This document shows positions 36,332 through 47,244 of a stretch of DNA of 64,000 nt, piece by piece. The position numbers and the translations under genes were made by a program. Numbering within the stretch: the stretch's first letter is position 1; each line of letters begins with the position of its first letter. This DNA comes from Octopus sinensis. Taxonomy: Eukaryota. Where the stretch lies: the NCBI RefSeq assembly GCF_006345805.1, contig NC_042997.1, positions 154,318,001 through 154,382,000 on the forward strand. The letters run 5' to 3'. Under the pieces are notes generated by a model. That model worked only from the letters and a program-made list of their open reading frames with translations, was not told the DNA's origin and did not search any database.

Positions 36332-36433
36332 ACCCCACCATTTATGAGTCCCAGTCAAGTATTTTGATTTCTTGTGAGCTTTCACCAATTGATTTATCAT
36401 TTTTTTTACTCTCTTTTATGTTTGTTTCCATAG

Positions 36434-36635
36434 ATTGTTTCAAAGAAAACTTATGGTGCTGGCTATCATACTGGTTCTTCTTATATTAAGTGCAGTATAT
36501 AATCTAAAAGGACCTCACCAACCTTACTTAGCATTGGTGGAAAAGAAACTGTTTTGGTATGCATATTGGATAGGCCTTGGTTTTCTCTCTTCTGTTGGTC
36601 TTGGTACTGGCCTCCATACGTTTGTGCTTTATCTT
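36434..36635 (+). CDS. VMP1: VMP1 coding exon 2 ([16 protein letters not shown]...[26 protein letters not shown])
   Basis: Acceptor ttccatag; strong VMP1 similarity; donor CTT|GTAAGT, phase 0. Confidence 0.97.
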
Positions 36636-36799
36636 GTAAGTAACCCCTTGTTTTTCAATTTTTCTTTTTTTTTTTTTTACAGTCTTACAATATTTCATAA
36701 TTAAACTTTAATATTTAACAGCCATGTTATTTAAATATCCTCGAAACCATGTCAGAGATACAGAATAAGGTATTTTCTGAAATTATGAAAATGGCATTA

Positions 36800-36937
36800 G
36801 GAAGGGCGTCCAGCTGTAGAAACTCTGCCAGATCAAGATTGGAGCCTGGTGCAGCCATCTGGTTCGCCTGCCCTCAGTCAAATCGTCCAACCCATGCTAG
36901 CATGGAAAGCGGACGTTAAACAATGATGATGATGATG
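36800..36937 (+). mobile_element. Young RTE 3' tail fragment
   Basis: Near-consensus GGCATTAGGAAGGGCGTCCAGC...GGACGTTAAACAATGATGATGATG. Confidence 0.9.
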
Positions 36938-37202
36938 TATTACTTGTGGTGCTTATAGCAGTTGTACATGTTAAGCATTGCAATTTGTTATTAGATATAT
37001 ATGATATGGGCATCACTAGCAGAATTTGAAGCACAACAGATAAAATAATACTTTATATTATTTAGTTACATCTCTTTATTTTATCCTTTGTTGACTTTTG
37101 ATTTTTCTGAGAGCTTGTTATACTAGTCAAGTACTGCAATTAGTTTAATAAAATATTCCCTCTCCTGCAAAATATTTGGCCCTGTACCAACAGAAAACAG
37201 TG

Positions 37203-37240
<38 letters not shown>

Positions 37241-37243
<3 letters not shown>

Positions 37244-37468
37244 GACAAATGAATTATCTTATTACGGATAATTCGAAGTGAGCAGTCATCGAAAAACTTG
37301 TTGTGCATTTTGTTGGAGAATTAAGTTCCTGGTTTTTCCTGAAGAGAAAGCTGCATAATGGACTCCTTATTCATTCAGAATTAGGGATTTTGCAGACTTC
37401 GAAACATATGTCGAAAATAAAATAAAGGAACTTTGTTAAATCTTCGTTCAGCTCCATTCTTTCCTATA

Positions 37469-37470
<2 letters not shown>
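37241..37470 (+). mobile_element. ~230-bp hammerhead-bearing unit inserted in (TA)n (Penelope terminal-repeat or retrozyme-like)
   Basis: Unique sequence flanked by (TA)n on both sides (about 37210-37240 and 37471-37505); contains the hammerhead. Confidence 0.55.
37323..37433 (+). ncRNA. Type-I hammerhead ribozyme (intronic, sense to VMP1)
   Basis: CTGAAGA 37339-37345; stem II closed by G37346-C37400; GAAAC 37401-37405; ATAT loop; GTC triplet 37410-37412; stem I TTTTC/GAAAA (37334-38/37413-17) plus AAGTTCCT/AGGAACTT (37323-30/37426-33). Folded by hand only. Confidence 0.8.
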
Positions 37471-37512
<42 letters not shown>

Positions 37513-37931
37513 CAATAAAAATAATTTGATTCTGTTAATTGGCAGAATGATTTATGCTACATTTTTTAGTTTTATTCAGGATTTCTCAGCATTTCAAGCT
37601 CAGAATGCAGTGTACTTATTTCTGAACTAAAATTTACCCCCCCCCCCCAAAAAAAAATCAATGCCGTAAGGGTTGAATTGCTAACCTTGCTAACCTGTTG
37701 GCATCATATGTAACATAATTTTTATTACGAAAATACAGACGTGAACAACAAGTCTATCAGAATTTCTATTGCTGTCTTGAAGTTGACAACTTCAGTAGCT
37801 ACATATACAGTTTGAATGAGATGTGAGCCAATACTTAAAACTCTAAGAAACATATCTTATAAAACACTGAAAATATGATCAAATCACTGTTGATAAACAG
37901 CACTGCTGAATATTATCCAGATAATATCAGA

Positions 37932-38350
37932 TTGGCTGTGTGGTAAGAAGCTTGCTTCCCAATCACATGGTTCATCTTTTATATAGACACAAAACTAACC
38001 AAAGCTTTGTGAGTGGATTTGGTTGATGGAAACTGAAAGAAGGCTTTGTGTGTGTGTTTATATTTATCTTTGTTTGTTTGTTTGTTTGTATGTATGTGTG
38101 TGTGTATGTATGTATGTATGTATGTATGTATGCATGCATGCATGCATGCATGCTTGTCCACCCACTACCACTTGGCAATTGATATTGTTACACACCCTGT
38201 AACTTAGTGGTTCAACATAAAGAGACCAAGAGAATAAGTACCAGGCTTTAAAAAAATATTGAAAATAATTACTGGGATCAATTTGTTTAACTAAACCCGT
38301 CAAAGTGATGCTCCAGCATGGCTGCAGTCCAATGACTGAAACAAAAGATA
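37932..38350 (+). mobile_element. SINE family A with internal (TGTT)n(TATG)n(CATG)n expansion
   Basis: Head, body and tail match 3508. Confidence 0.85.
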
Positions 38351-38351
38351 A

Positions 38352-38765
38352 GGCGGCAAGCTGGCAGAAACGTTAGCACGCCGGGCAAAATGCTTAGCGG
38401 TATTTCATCTGCCGCTTCGTTCTGAGTTCAAATTCTGCCGAGGTTGACTTTGCCTTTCATCCTTTTGGAGTCAATTAAATAAGTACCAGTTACGCACTGG
38501 GGTCGATATAATCCACTTAATCCATTTGTCTGTCCTTGTTTGTCCTCTCTGTGTTTAGCCCCTTGTGGGTAGTAAAGAAATAGGTATTTCATCTGCTGTT
38601 ACGTTCTGAGTTCAAATTCCACTGAGGTCCACTTTGCCTTTCATCCTTTCGGGGTCGATAAATTAAGTACCAGTTACGCACTGGGGTCGATATAATCGAC
38701 TTAATCCTTTTGTCTGTCCTGGTTTGTCCCCTCTATGTTTAACCCCTTGTGTACAATAAAGAAAT
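38352..38765 (+). mobile_element. SINE family E, full copy plus head-to-tail partial duplicate
   Basis: 38401-38582 is repeated at about 38585-38765; B-box-like GAGTTCAAATTC. Confidence 0.9.
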
Positions 38766-38965
38766 AGGAAGCAAATAAAACATAAGTCAAAGATACTGAG
38801 GTGGTATTTTGTGACAGGAAGAACATCCAGCTGTGAAACACTTTAGAATGTTCCATCCAAATCCATGCCAATGTGGAAAACCAAAAGTAAAAATAATTCA
38901 TATTTGTTATTGTCAGTCATCAACTGAAATATCTAAAAAAAAAGAATTATTTGCTATATAGGGAC

Positions 38966-39290
38966 AGGCTTGGCTGTGTGGTTTTTGAATCTTGCTTTGC
39001 AGTCATGTGGTTTTGGGTTCAGTTTAACTGTATGTCACTTTAAGTGGGTGTCTTTTATAGCCCTGGGTCAACCATTGCCTTATGAGTGAATTTGGTAGAT
39101 GGAATGGATGGACTAGAAGCCTGTTGTGTGTGTGTGTGTGTATACATTATATATGTGTGTCTTTGTGTTTGTCCTCACTTTCACTGCTTGACAACCAGTG
39201 TTGGTTTGTTTCTGTCCAAGTAACTTAGCAGGTTAACAAAAAAAAAAAAAATAACAGATTTTAAAATATAAGTACTGGAGTCAGTAAAAG
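38966..39290 (+). mobile_element. SINE family A copy (diverged)
   Basis: GGCTGTGTGGT head; GACAACCAGTGTTGG body. Confidence 0.7.
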
Positions 39291-39491
39291 ATAAATGATA
39301 TTGTCAGGTAAAATCTTCATACCCTAAAATAATGGTTTTACTTTTTATGAGAATTTTATTATTTTTTATCCAGTTACACTTATTTTTTTTAGATACAGTA
39401 GTTTTTGTATTGTCTTAGAACTGTATCTTCATGAAAAATATATTCAAAGTATTTTTATCCTGTGTGTGAGAAATATGTGTTCTAATTTTAG

Positions 39492-39571
39492 GGTCCTCAT
39501 ATAGCATTGGTAACGTTAGCTGCTTTTGAATGTATGTCTGTTGACTTTCCAGAGCCCCCTTACCCTAACAA
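39492..39571 (+). CDS. VMP1: VMP1 coding exon 3 (GPHIALVTLAAFECMSVDFPEPPYPN)
   Basis: Acceptor aattttag; GPHIA..TLAA.EC....FPEPPYP motif; donor AA|GTGAGT, phase 2. Confidence 0.97.
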
Positions 39572-40387
39572 GTGAGTATGTTTCTTTTCCTATTAATATT
39601 GTTTTGCTGTTATTTTAGGGACATTCAGCTGGGGTCTCAAACTGTCACGTTCTTTTATTTTGTGCAAATCACTTGTTCAGTTAGGGTTATTGTTACTGAG
39701 GGCTATTAAAGGAAATCAGTGCTGGCTTTTGTAAAGTTGACTGTTATATAAACATGAAGTGCTGTTTAATTTAGAATCAGAATAAACTTGTCAGTTGTGT
39801 CACTTTAAGCATTGAAAAGTCAGTTTTGTTGATACCATTGTAAACTTAATTCATGTATTAATGTTTATCCTGGTTCTTTTACCCCACTTTTTCCTTTTCT
39901 TCTTTTTGATAATTTTAAATATTTGTTGTTATTGGATGGGTTAGAAGGTCCTGCAAACCCATGTTGTTAAATCAGGTTTTATAGTAGAATAGTGTTGTAT
40001 ATGTCAACTATGAAATTGAGATGACACCTGTAAATTGGCTTGATAGAGCAGACTAAGACAAATAAGTACATTACATTTATCTAACAACACAAAGTTTTAC
40101 CTTATAATTTGTTAGCCAATTCCACCTGACCCACCTAACTATGGAGAAGGCTATATTAAAACAATGATGATAGTTCATCACTTTAACTCTACAGCTGACA
40201 CAACTCAGAATTGTTTGTCTAAAGAATTCTAATAAAAAAAAGAAAAAAGAAATAGTATTATGATAATCCATACTGCACTAAGGACTATAAAAATATGACT
40301 GTTTCAAATCTCTGGAAATTGTTATATTCTTTGTTTTTCCATCTGACTGATAAAAGTCATTGATATTATAAGACCAAATCTTATTAT

Positions 40388-40600
40388 AAGGTGGCAAGCT
40401 GGTAGTGTCATTATCATGTTGGATAATATGTTTTGTGGCTTTTCTTCCAGCTCTTTATGTTCCGAGTTCAAATCCTGCCCAGGTCAACTTTGCCTTTCAT
40501 CCCTTTGGAGGGATGAATGCACTAGGTTATCGTATAAAGTACCAGTCATGTACTGGAGTTAACTGACTCGTCCCCCTCCCTTTAAAATTGCTAGCCTCGA
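40388..40600 (+). mobile_element. SINE family E copy
   Basis: GAGTTCAAATCC...GGTCAACTTTGCCTTTCATCC...AAGTACCAG. Confidence 0.7.
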
Positions 40601-41080
40601 ACCCAGCAACAGCCAGGCATCTCATTCAGTGGGAATGTTGTGATCATGATCACTTATATGCCATGGAAACTGGATAACCAGTCTTATGAGTCCTAGAACC
40701 AAAGGAAGAAAACTAAAGTTTTACTGTATACTCACTATATTTACAAATAGAATATTGTCCTTAAGACAGATTGTTATATTAGACCTGAGAGATACTGGAC
40801 CAAGATAATAGATTATGCTCCCCAGTACTGGTAGAGGTATTATAATTATATTATATTTAATACTGAATTCTATTCTCTAGCTCAAACTACTGATAAGGCT
40901 GTCATATATTTGATGTTGATGGATATAATTAATTAAGTCATAATAAAATTAAACTGTATGCATGTTAGATACACTGTTTCTCGTTTACTTCAGTTAGAAA
41001 TTTACTCAAAACAATATTTCTGTTTGCTCTATGTGCTTTAGATGAGTTAATAATTTCAAAATTTTCTTACTATTCATCAG

Positions 41081-41162
41081 AATTATTTGTCCGTCAGTTG
41101 AATCTAAAACCATGTCTATATGGATGATAATGAGTAAAGTACGAATGGAGTCTATAATGTGG
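41081..41162 (+). CDS. VMP1: VMP1 coding exon 4 (IICPSVESKTMSIWMIMSKVRMESIMW)
   Basis: Acceptor ttcatcag; IICP...SKVR.E..MW motif; donor TGG|GTAAGT, phase 0. Confidence 0.95.
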
Positions 41163-41952
41163 GTAAGTTGCTTTTGTTTTTACTTTAGCTCTAAGTATGT
41201 ATGCTCAGATATACATATGTGATTATACATTTTAGTCTCTTGATTATTGCAATTATGGCTTTGTAGTTAAGAAGTTCACTTAACAGCTACGTGATTCTGT
41301 TTGTTTGAGCCCATTTTGCAGCACTCTTGGCAAGTGGCTTCTATCATAACCTTGGGTTAACCAAGATGTAAACACCACAGAGAAAATCGATAACTTAGTG
41401 CATTCAAATAGAAATATGTGGTGGTTTATTCTGCTTCAGTTTCACAAACACACTTTTGTCATTCCCTCAGTAAACCAGAGGTTATTATAGTAGCTGTAAA
41501 AAAAGGTAAAAAGTGGAGACAGCACTCAGGTGGTTCTAAAAGCTATAGTATGTCTCTGAGTGATTTGCTGCTAATCAGTCAAGTGATTTTTCTCTGGATG
41601 TTGTCTAGGACCTTTGTGTGTGCAGCACCACCATCTGAGATGTGGGAATTAATGCTCTGTTGTGGAGTGGACTTCACTTTAGCTTTGAAGAATGTCAAAA
41701 ATTGTTGGGGGATGAAGTATTTTCTGGTCCTGATGAAAGGGCCAGTCTTAAATCTTTATTATAGGCATGTAGCCTGAATAGAGAGTAGACATAACAAGGA
41801 CAGACAACACAAAACATGGGGTACATATAACGAAAAATAAATATGAAATGGAATATTTACAAGGAATAGAATGGAATGGCTTACGAGCCCCCAAAGCTCG
41901 CAGTTTCATTTTACTGTTCATGTATACAGTTTATGATTATCCGGGGTATTCA

Positions 41953-42498
41953 TCAGTTATGTGCTTTGTCAGTTCCTCCAGCTAAACCACGCTGGGCAAA
42001 CTGTTGATACGCACACAGTCTAGTCTCCATAACAATGTCGGGGAATAGCTCTGTCAATGAAAGGGCCAGTCTTTGCAATGCAATCCTATCTATGTTAAGA
42101 ATGTACTTTTGGTAGAAGTGATCATTGCTGATTGTGAGGCCTAAAATTTGGAGCAGTTGTGTGAGCTTTAGTTGAATGCTGATCATGTCTAGGGGTGAGT
42201 GCAATGATGTTTTCATGATATGAGTAGTGCTTGTGTTTTTTGTTGTTGAAAGAGACAAAATTGGCATGGCCCCCACTAGAGGGTGGTTAGGAGATCTCCA
42301 TTCATGGAAATAAAGCAGGTTTGATGTATGGTGTGGATGCTGCATGTGAATGATGTGCAGTTGGGGAAGGTTAGGGAAGAGTGGGTGTTGTAGTCCTATT
42401 GGAATGTAGGTTATTGATATATAGAAGAAAGAGTGTTGGAGACAGACTTGAATCCTGGGGCTCCTGAGAGCTGATGGTGTGGAACAGAAAGAACTCAT
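41953..42498 (-). mobile_element. Probable degenerate Penelope-like RT fragment
   Basis: 181-aa minus-strand ORF with LLQILGLTISNDHFYQ, resembling the PLE segment before the GxAMG motif; weak. Confidence 0.35.
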
Positions 42499-42614
42499 TG
42501 AAACAAGCCAGATAATGTGATCTGATGTGAAGCTGTCAGTCTAAAAGATGAGACAGGTAGAACCTACTAGGAGATTTGTATGGTAGACATAGTTGAACAT
42601 CAGTATTACTTTCA

Positions 42615-42774
42615 TTAACCCTTTAACCATCAGATTATTCTATCAAATGTAGTGATTGTTTACTTTTAGAATGACATTGTAGGGTAGGTGTGAGAGACCA
42701 GATGTGGCTTGTTTGAACATAAAACAGGTAGTATATTTGGGCTGGATATGGCTAGTTTAAATGCTGAAGGGCTA
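42615..42774 (+). mobile_element. piggyBac-type MITE, internally deleted
   Basis: Starts TTAACCCTTT; ends AATGCTGAAGGGCT; same family as 56637. Confidence 0.75.
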
Positions 42775-43088
42775 GATTTCTTCTTACCCCCACATCAATG
42801 TGGTCAACCATTTCGGTCTTGACCATTTTTTCAGACATAGCTTGTCCCAGATTATATTATCTGTTATGTTCCGCTTTTATTTTTTAAGTAATAGTAAGGT
42901 GTGATTTAAGAATAATTTGGCTGTTATTTCTTGCATTTTGTTGAACCACATAGAGGGTCCCTCATTGGTCTATGTGTGTGTATTTACCTAAACCTAAATT
43001 GAAGTATCACTGATTTTTTAAAATAATTTTAACAATTAATGTTGTCAAACCAATAACAAAAACAACCCAACTTCCAATTGATTTTCAG

Positions 43089-43229
43089 GGAGCTGGAACA
43101 GCTATTGGCGAGCTGCCCCCATACTTCATGGCCAGAACATCTCGTCTTTCAGGATCTGAAAGTGAAGAAGAAGAACTTGGTGAACTAGAAGAGCTGGTGC
43201 GCGAAAGAAATGCCAACCCCGGGGAACTG
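43089..43229 (+). CDS. VMP1: VMP1 coding exon 5 ([47 protein letters not shown])
   Basis: Acceptor attttcag; [17 protein letters not shown]-domain motif; donor CTG|GTATGC; 141 nt. Confidence 0.97.
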
Positions 43230-43309
43230 GTATGCAAATTATTTAATTCATAATATTAATAACCATTGCAAAGATTTATATGTACAAGTGGTTATATTTT
43301 ATTTTCTTA

Positions 43310-43490
43310 TATATCAGCATAGGTGTGGCTGTGTGGTGAGAAGTTAGCTTCCCAACTACATGGTTCCAGGTTCAGTCCCACTGTGTGGTACTTTATGCGA
43401 GTGTCTTCTACTCTAGCTTTGGGCTGACCAAAGCCTTGTGAATGGATTTGGTAGATGGAAACTGAAAGAAGCCTGTTTTGTGTGTGTGTG
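43310..43490 (-). mobile_element. SINE family A head
   Basis: GGCTGTGTGGTGAGAAGTTAGCTTCCCAAC...GGAAACTGAAAGAAGCC; this reads as written on the + strand, so the strand call is uncertain. Confidence 0.6.
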
Positions 43491-44264
43491 TGTGTTTGAA
43501 GGTGCATGGTCTAAAGTTTAGGGTATTTCACTCACAATTGCTACATCATGGGTTCAATTCCTGGATTGGGTGGCATATTGTGTTCTTAAGTAAAACACTT
43601 CATTTCACATTGTTCCAGTCCACTCAGCTGTAAATGGTTAACCCTGTGATGGTGTAGCCTTCCTATCAGGGAGGATGTTGACCTGCTCACCTAGCCAGCA
43701 GGGTGGCCTCATTCAAAAGCTAAAGCAATGCAAAGCACATTGTGACCAGTGGTGTATAACAACATCCAATAATCTGGTTGATATTGTGATTACTGCAATG
43801 TGTATGTGTGTGTCTTTGTGTGTACCCTTGTCTAGACATCACGTGATGGTGGTAAATGACTGAGGTTGTTCATTTTCAGGCTTCCATGTAAAACATGTCT
43901 GGCCTTAGTGAAATATTATCTTTTAAGGAAACAAATGAAGGTTGACAATAGAGCATCTAGCCATAGATCTGCCTCAACAAATTCTATCTGACCCATGCAA
44001 GCATGGAAAAGTGGATGTTAAATGATGATGATGCTGATGATGATATTGATATATATATATTGTCAGGGTTAACCAACTGAAATTTCATAATATTTAAGTT
44101 ATAAAAATTTGATTAAGATTTTAATTTAAATATGAACAATTTAATTTAAAATTGGAACAATTTCATCTGAGATGGATTGGAATTTAAAAGCTTTTAAGAA
44201 ATTTCTAGGATCTTTCAGAGAAACAACTTTGGAGAAATACTGTAACTAGTTTAACAAGTTAGAA

Positions 44265-44750
44265 CGAACCCCTATCTTGCACAGAACATTGACCTCCTGG
44301 AATCTGTCCAGAGACGTGCAACCAAACGCATACCCTCCATCAGACACCTACCATATTCTGAGCGCCTTGTTTCCCTGGGCATGGATTCACTGAAGCTCCG
44401 GCGTCTGGCAACGGACTTGGTAAAACACCCACAAAGTTATCAACCACCTCACCAACAACAACACTGAACACCTTTTTGATCTCCATGTGTCTAACACACG
44501 TGGACATGCCTACAAAGTCAGAAAACAATACAGCTCTCATGACTTTCGGAAACATTTTTTCACGCTCAGAGTTGCTGAAGCATGGAATAAACTGCCTGCG
44601 TCAGTTGTTGACTGCCATGACACTGCATCTTTTAAGGCCCTCATGCTTTCCGAAATCCGCCGAAACTACACCTGATTATATATACACTTTAGATGAGTTG
44701 TAGTGCACCTGAGCACTGTACACAATTATTATTATTATTATTATTATTTT
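44265..44750 (+). mobile_element. CR1 LINE 3' end with (ATT)n tail
   Basis: IDLLESVQRRATKRIPSIRHLPYSERL...NTRGHAYKV...FFTLRVAEAWNKLPASVV. Confidence 0.92.
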
Positions 44751-44789
44751 AATTAATGTTTTTTTTTTTTTTTTTTTTTTTTGTTTCAG

Positions 44790-44870
44790 GGTTTCCTTGA
44801 TCGAGCAAAGGTTGGAATTCATAACATGATAAAGAAAGTAGGCTTTTGGGGTATCTTGGCTTGTGCTTCT
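44790..44870 (+). CDS. VMP1: VMP1 coding exon 6 (GFLDRAKVGIHNMIKKVGFWGILACAS)
   Basis: Poly-T tract plus tttcag acceptor; RAK...KVGF.GILACAS motif; donor TCT|GTAAGT; 81 nt. Confidence 0.96.
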
Positions 44871-44929
44871 GTAAGTATCATAAGTATTATTATTATTATT
44901 ATTGTTGTTGTTGTTGTTGTTATTGTTGT

Positions 44930-45420
44930 GGGGTGCAATAGTCCAGTGGTTAGGGCAGTGGACTTGCAGTTGTAGGATCGTGGTTTCAATTCCCAGACCG
45001 GGCATTGTGAGTGTTTATTGAGCCAAAACACCTAAAGCTCCATGGAGCTCCGGGTGAACCCTGCTGTATTCTTTCACAACTTTCTTTCACTCTTTCTTCC
45101 TGTTTCTGTTGTACCTGTATTTCAAAGGGCCAGCCTTGTTACACTCATGTGTCACGCTGAATCTCCCTGAGAACTATGTTAAGGGTACATGTGTCTGTGG
45201 AGTGCTCAGCCACTTGCACATTAATAAATGAGCTGTGACGTTCACTGGGCCAAGCTGTATCGGCCTTTGCCTTTCCCTTGGATAACATTGGTGGTGTGGA
45301 GAGTGTAGGCAGGTATGCATGGGCGACAGCTGGTCTCCATAAACAACTTTGCCCAGACTTGTGCCTCAGAGGGTAACTTTCTAGGTGCAATCCCATGGTC
45401 ATTCATGACTGAAGGGGGCC
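44930..45420 (+). mobile_element. Chimeric tRNA-SINE (head plus 3128-type body joined to a 62531-type tail)
   Basis: 45120-45230 matches 23350-23450; 45250-45420 matches 62695-62865. Confidence 0.75.
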
Positions 45421-45733
45421 ACACATTATCTCAAGATATCTCAAGAACTGCTGGATGGATTCAGATGAAACTTTCAGGGATGTTTGGCCTTGTGTCTGGC
45501 ATGAACTGATTAGATTTTGGGATTGATCCGGTACCGGACAAAGATTATGAATTATTTTTCCGATTCTTTTTACTTAATTTTTGAGAGCAGTTGGGTTCAT
45601 TTTTAGTATTCTCATTTGTGAGAGCAATTGAGTTTATTTCAGATATTCTCATTTTAAAAATCATCTCCATCTAATCATTTAGAGAATGTTGGTATTGCCT
45701 TGGTGGAGGTTTGCACTCTCTGAGTGTTCTTGC
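45421..45733 (+). mobile_element. Helentron/HINE-like non-autonomous element fragment
   Basis: GATGGATTCAGATGAAACTTTCAGGG body; 3' end CCTTGGTGGAGGTTTGCACTCTCTGAGTG is typical of this class (from recall). Confidence 0.6.
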
Positions 45734-45807
45734 TATTATTATTATCATTATTATTATTTTAGCAATAATAAATCTCTGAACGAGGTATAAACAGTAACTG
45801 CACGACA

Positions 45808-45934
45808 ATGTGAGGTATACTTGCCATCTCAATATGGCTAACCACTAAGGGTGGGTGTTCTCCTGGGACTACAAGCTACAGTAATACCCACCCTCAGTGG
45901 TTAGCCATATTGAGATGGCAAGTATACCTCACAT
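45808..45934. repeat. Long inverted repeat: 49-bp arms, 1 mismatch, 29-nt spacer
   Basis: 45808-45856 is the reverse complement of 45886-45934 except for one A/C position. Confidence 0.97.
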
Positions 45935-46048
45935 ATTATTATTATTATTTTTTTAAGACATTTTAATTTGATATTATTTCAATTGTTACCTCTTTCAAGA
46001 AAAAATAACTTGGTCATAAAATCATAAAGTTGACAAATTTCAATTTAA

Positions 46049-46183
<135 letters not shown>

Positions 46184-46829
46184 TAAGTTTTGGTTTCTTC
46201 TTTAGCATTATTGATTAAGAGTAATTGTTACATTTGTATGAAATATGTGCATGCGTGCACACACACTCATGCTTGTGTATTTGTTTACTTTGTTGCTTCT
46301 CCAAGTTCATCACACAAGCAAATACATAGATAGGTATGAGAATCTTGTAATAGTGGAGAAGATTATCAGTTTCAATTGAATATATAAACCCTACTACACA
46401 CATACAGACACATACATATATACATATACAAACCTATACATATATATATAGAAACAGATACTTTCATTGTTTCAATAGTCTTATAATTGAGACATTTCTG
46501 TAATGCTGGCTAAAAATGAATTATGTGTTTTTCGATAGATTAAGTAGAGCAAACAAAGAATTCTCATGAGTAGCTAATGAAGAACATCTATTTGGCATCA
46601 TGCCAAACTGCTTTCTGAGAGTGGATACTTAAGGTTTAAACAAAGCAGAATCCATCTCTATCATTCATGTGTATCATTTTAGACAGTATTTTTTCCTGTT
46701 ACAAGACATTTCTGATGGGTTGCATGGGTTACACACACAGATACACACACGTGTGTGCGTGTGTGTATATGTATATATATATTGACCTGTTGCAGCAAGT
46801 GAAATCGTTCTCATGGTCGATGACATTAC

Positions 46830-47160
46830 CACCTGATCGGCACCCATGCCAATGGCACGTTAAAAGCATCATTTGAGCATGATCGTTGCCAGTGCCGCCT
46901 GACTGGCACCTATGCTGGTGGCACGTAAAAAGCACCATTTGAACGTGGTTGATGCCAGTACTGCCTGACTGGCTCTTGTGCTGGTGGCACATTAAAAGCA
47001 CCCACTACACTCTTGGAGTGGTTGGCATTAGGAAGGGCATCCAGATGTAGAAACTCTGCTAGATCAGATTGGAGCCTGATGCAGCCTTCTGGCTTGCAAG
47101 CCCTCGGTCAAACCATACAACCTATGCCAGCATGGAAAGCTGATGTTAAACGACGATGAT
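46830..47160 (+). mobile_element. RTE 3' UTR fragment
   Basis: Internal repeats plus tail GCTGATGTTAAACGACGATGATGA. Confidence 0.8.
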
Positions 47161-47244
47161 GACAATGATGCTGCTGATATATACACACACTTACTGGTAT
47201 AACTCCATTGTTCAGAAGTTCACTTCACAATCATATGAGTCTAG

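Noticed and set aside
40640-40653. 14-bp perfect palindrome GTGATCATGATCAC (similarly CTGTTATATAACAG at 52442-52455)
   Set aside because: A few palindromes of this length are expected by chance in 64 kb of AT-rich, repeat-rich DNA; no supporting context.
41724-41752. CTGATGA inside a 7-bp hairpin near the putative Penelope remnant (another on the minus strand near 41950)
   Set aside because: The GAAA..UH half of the hammerhead core is missing or misplaced.
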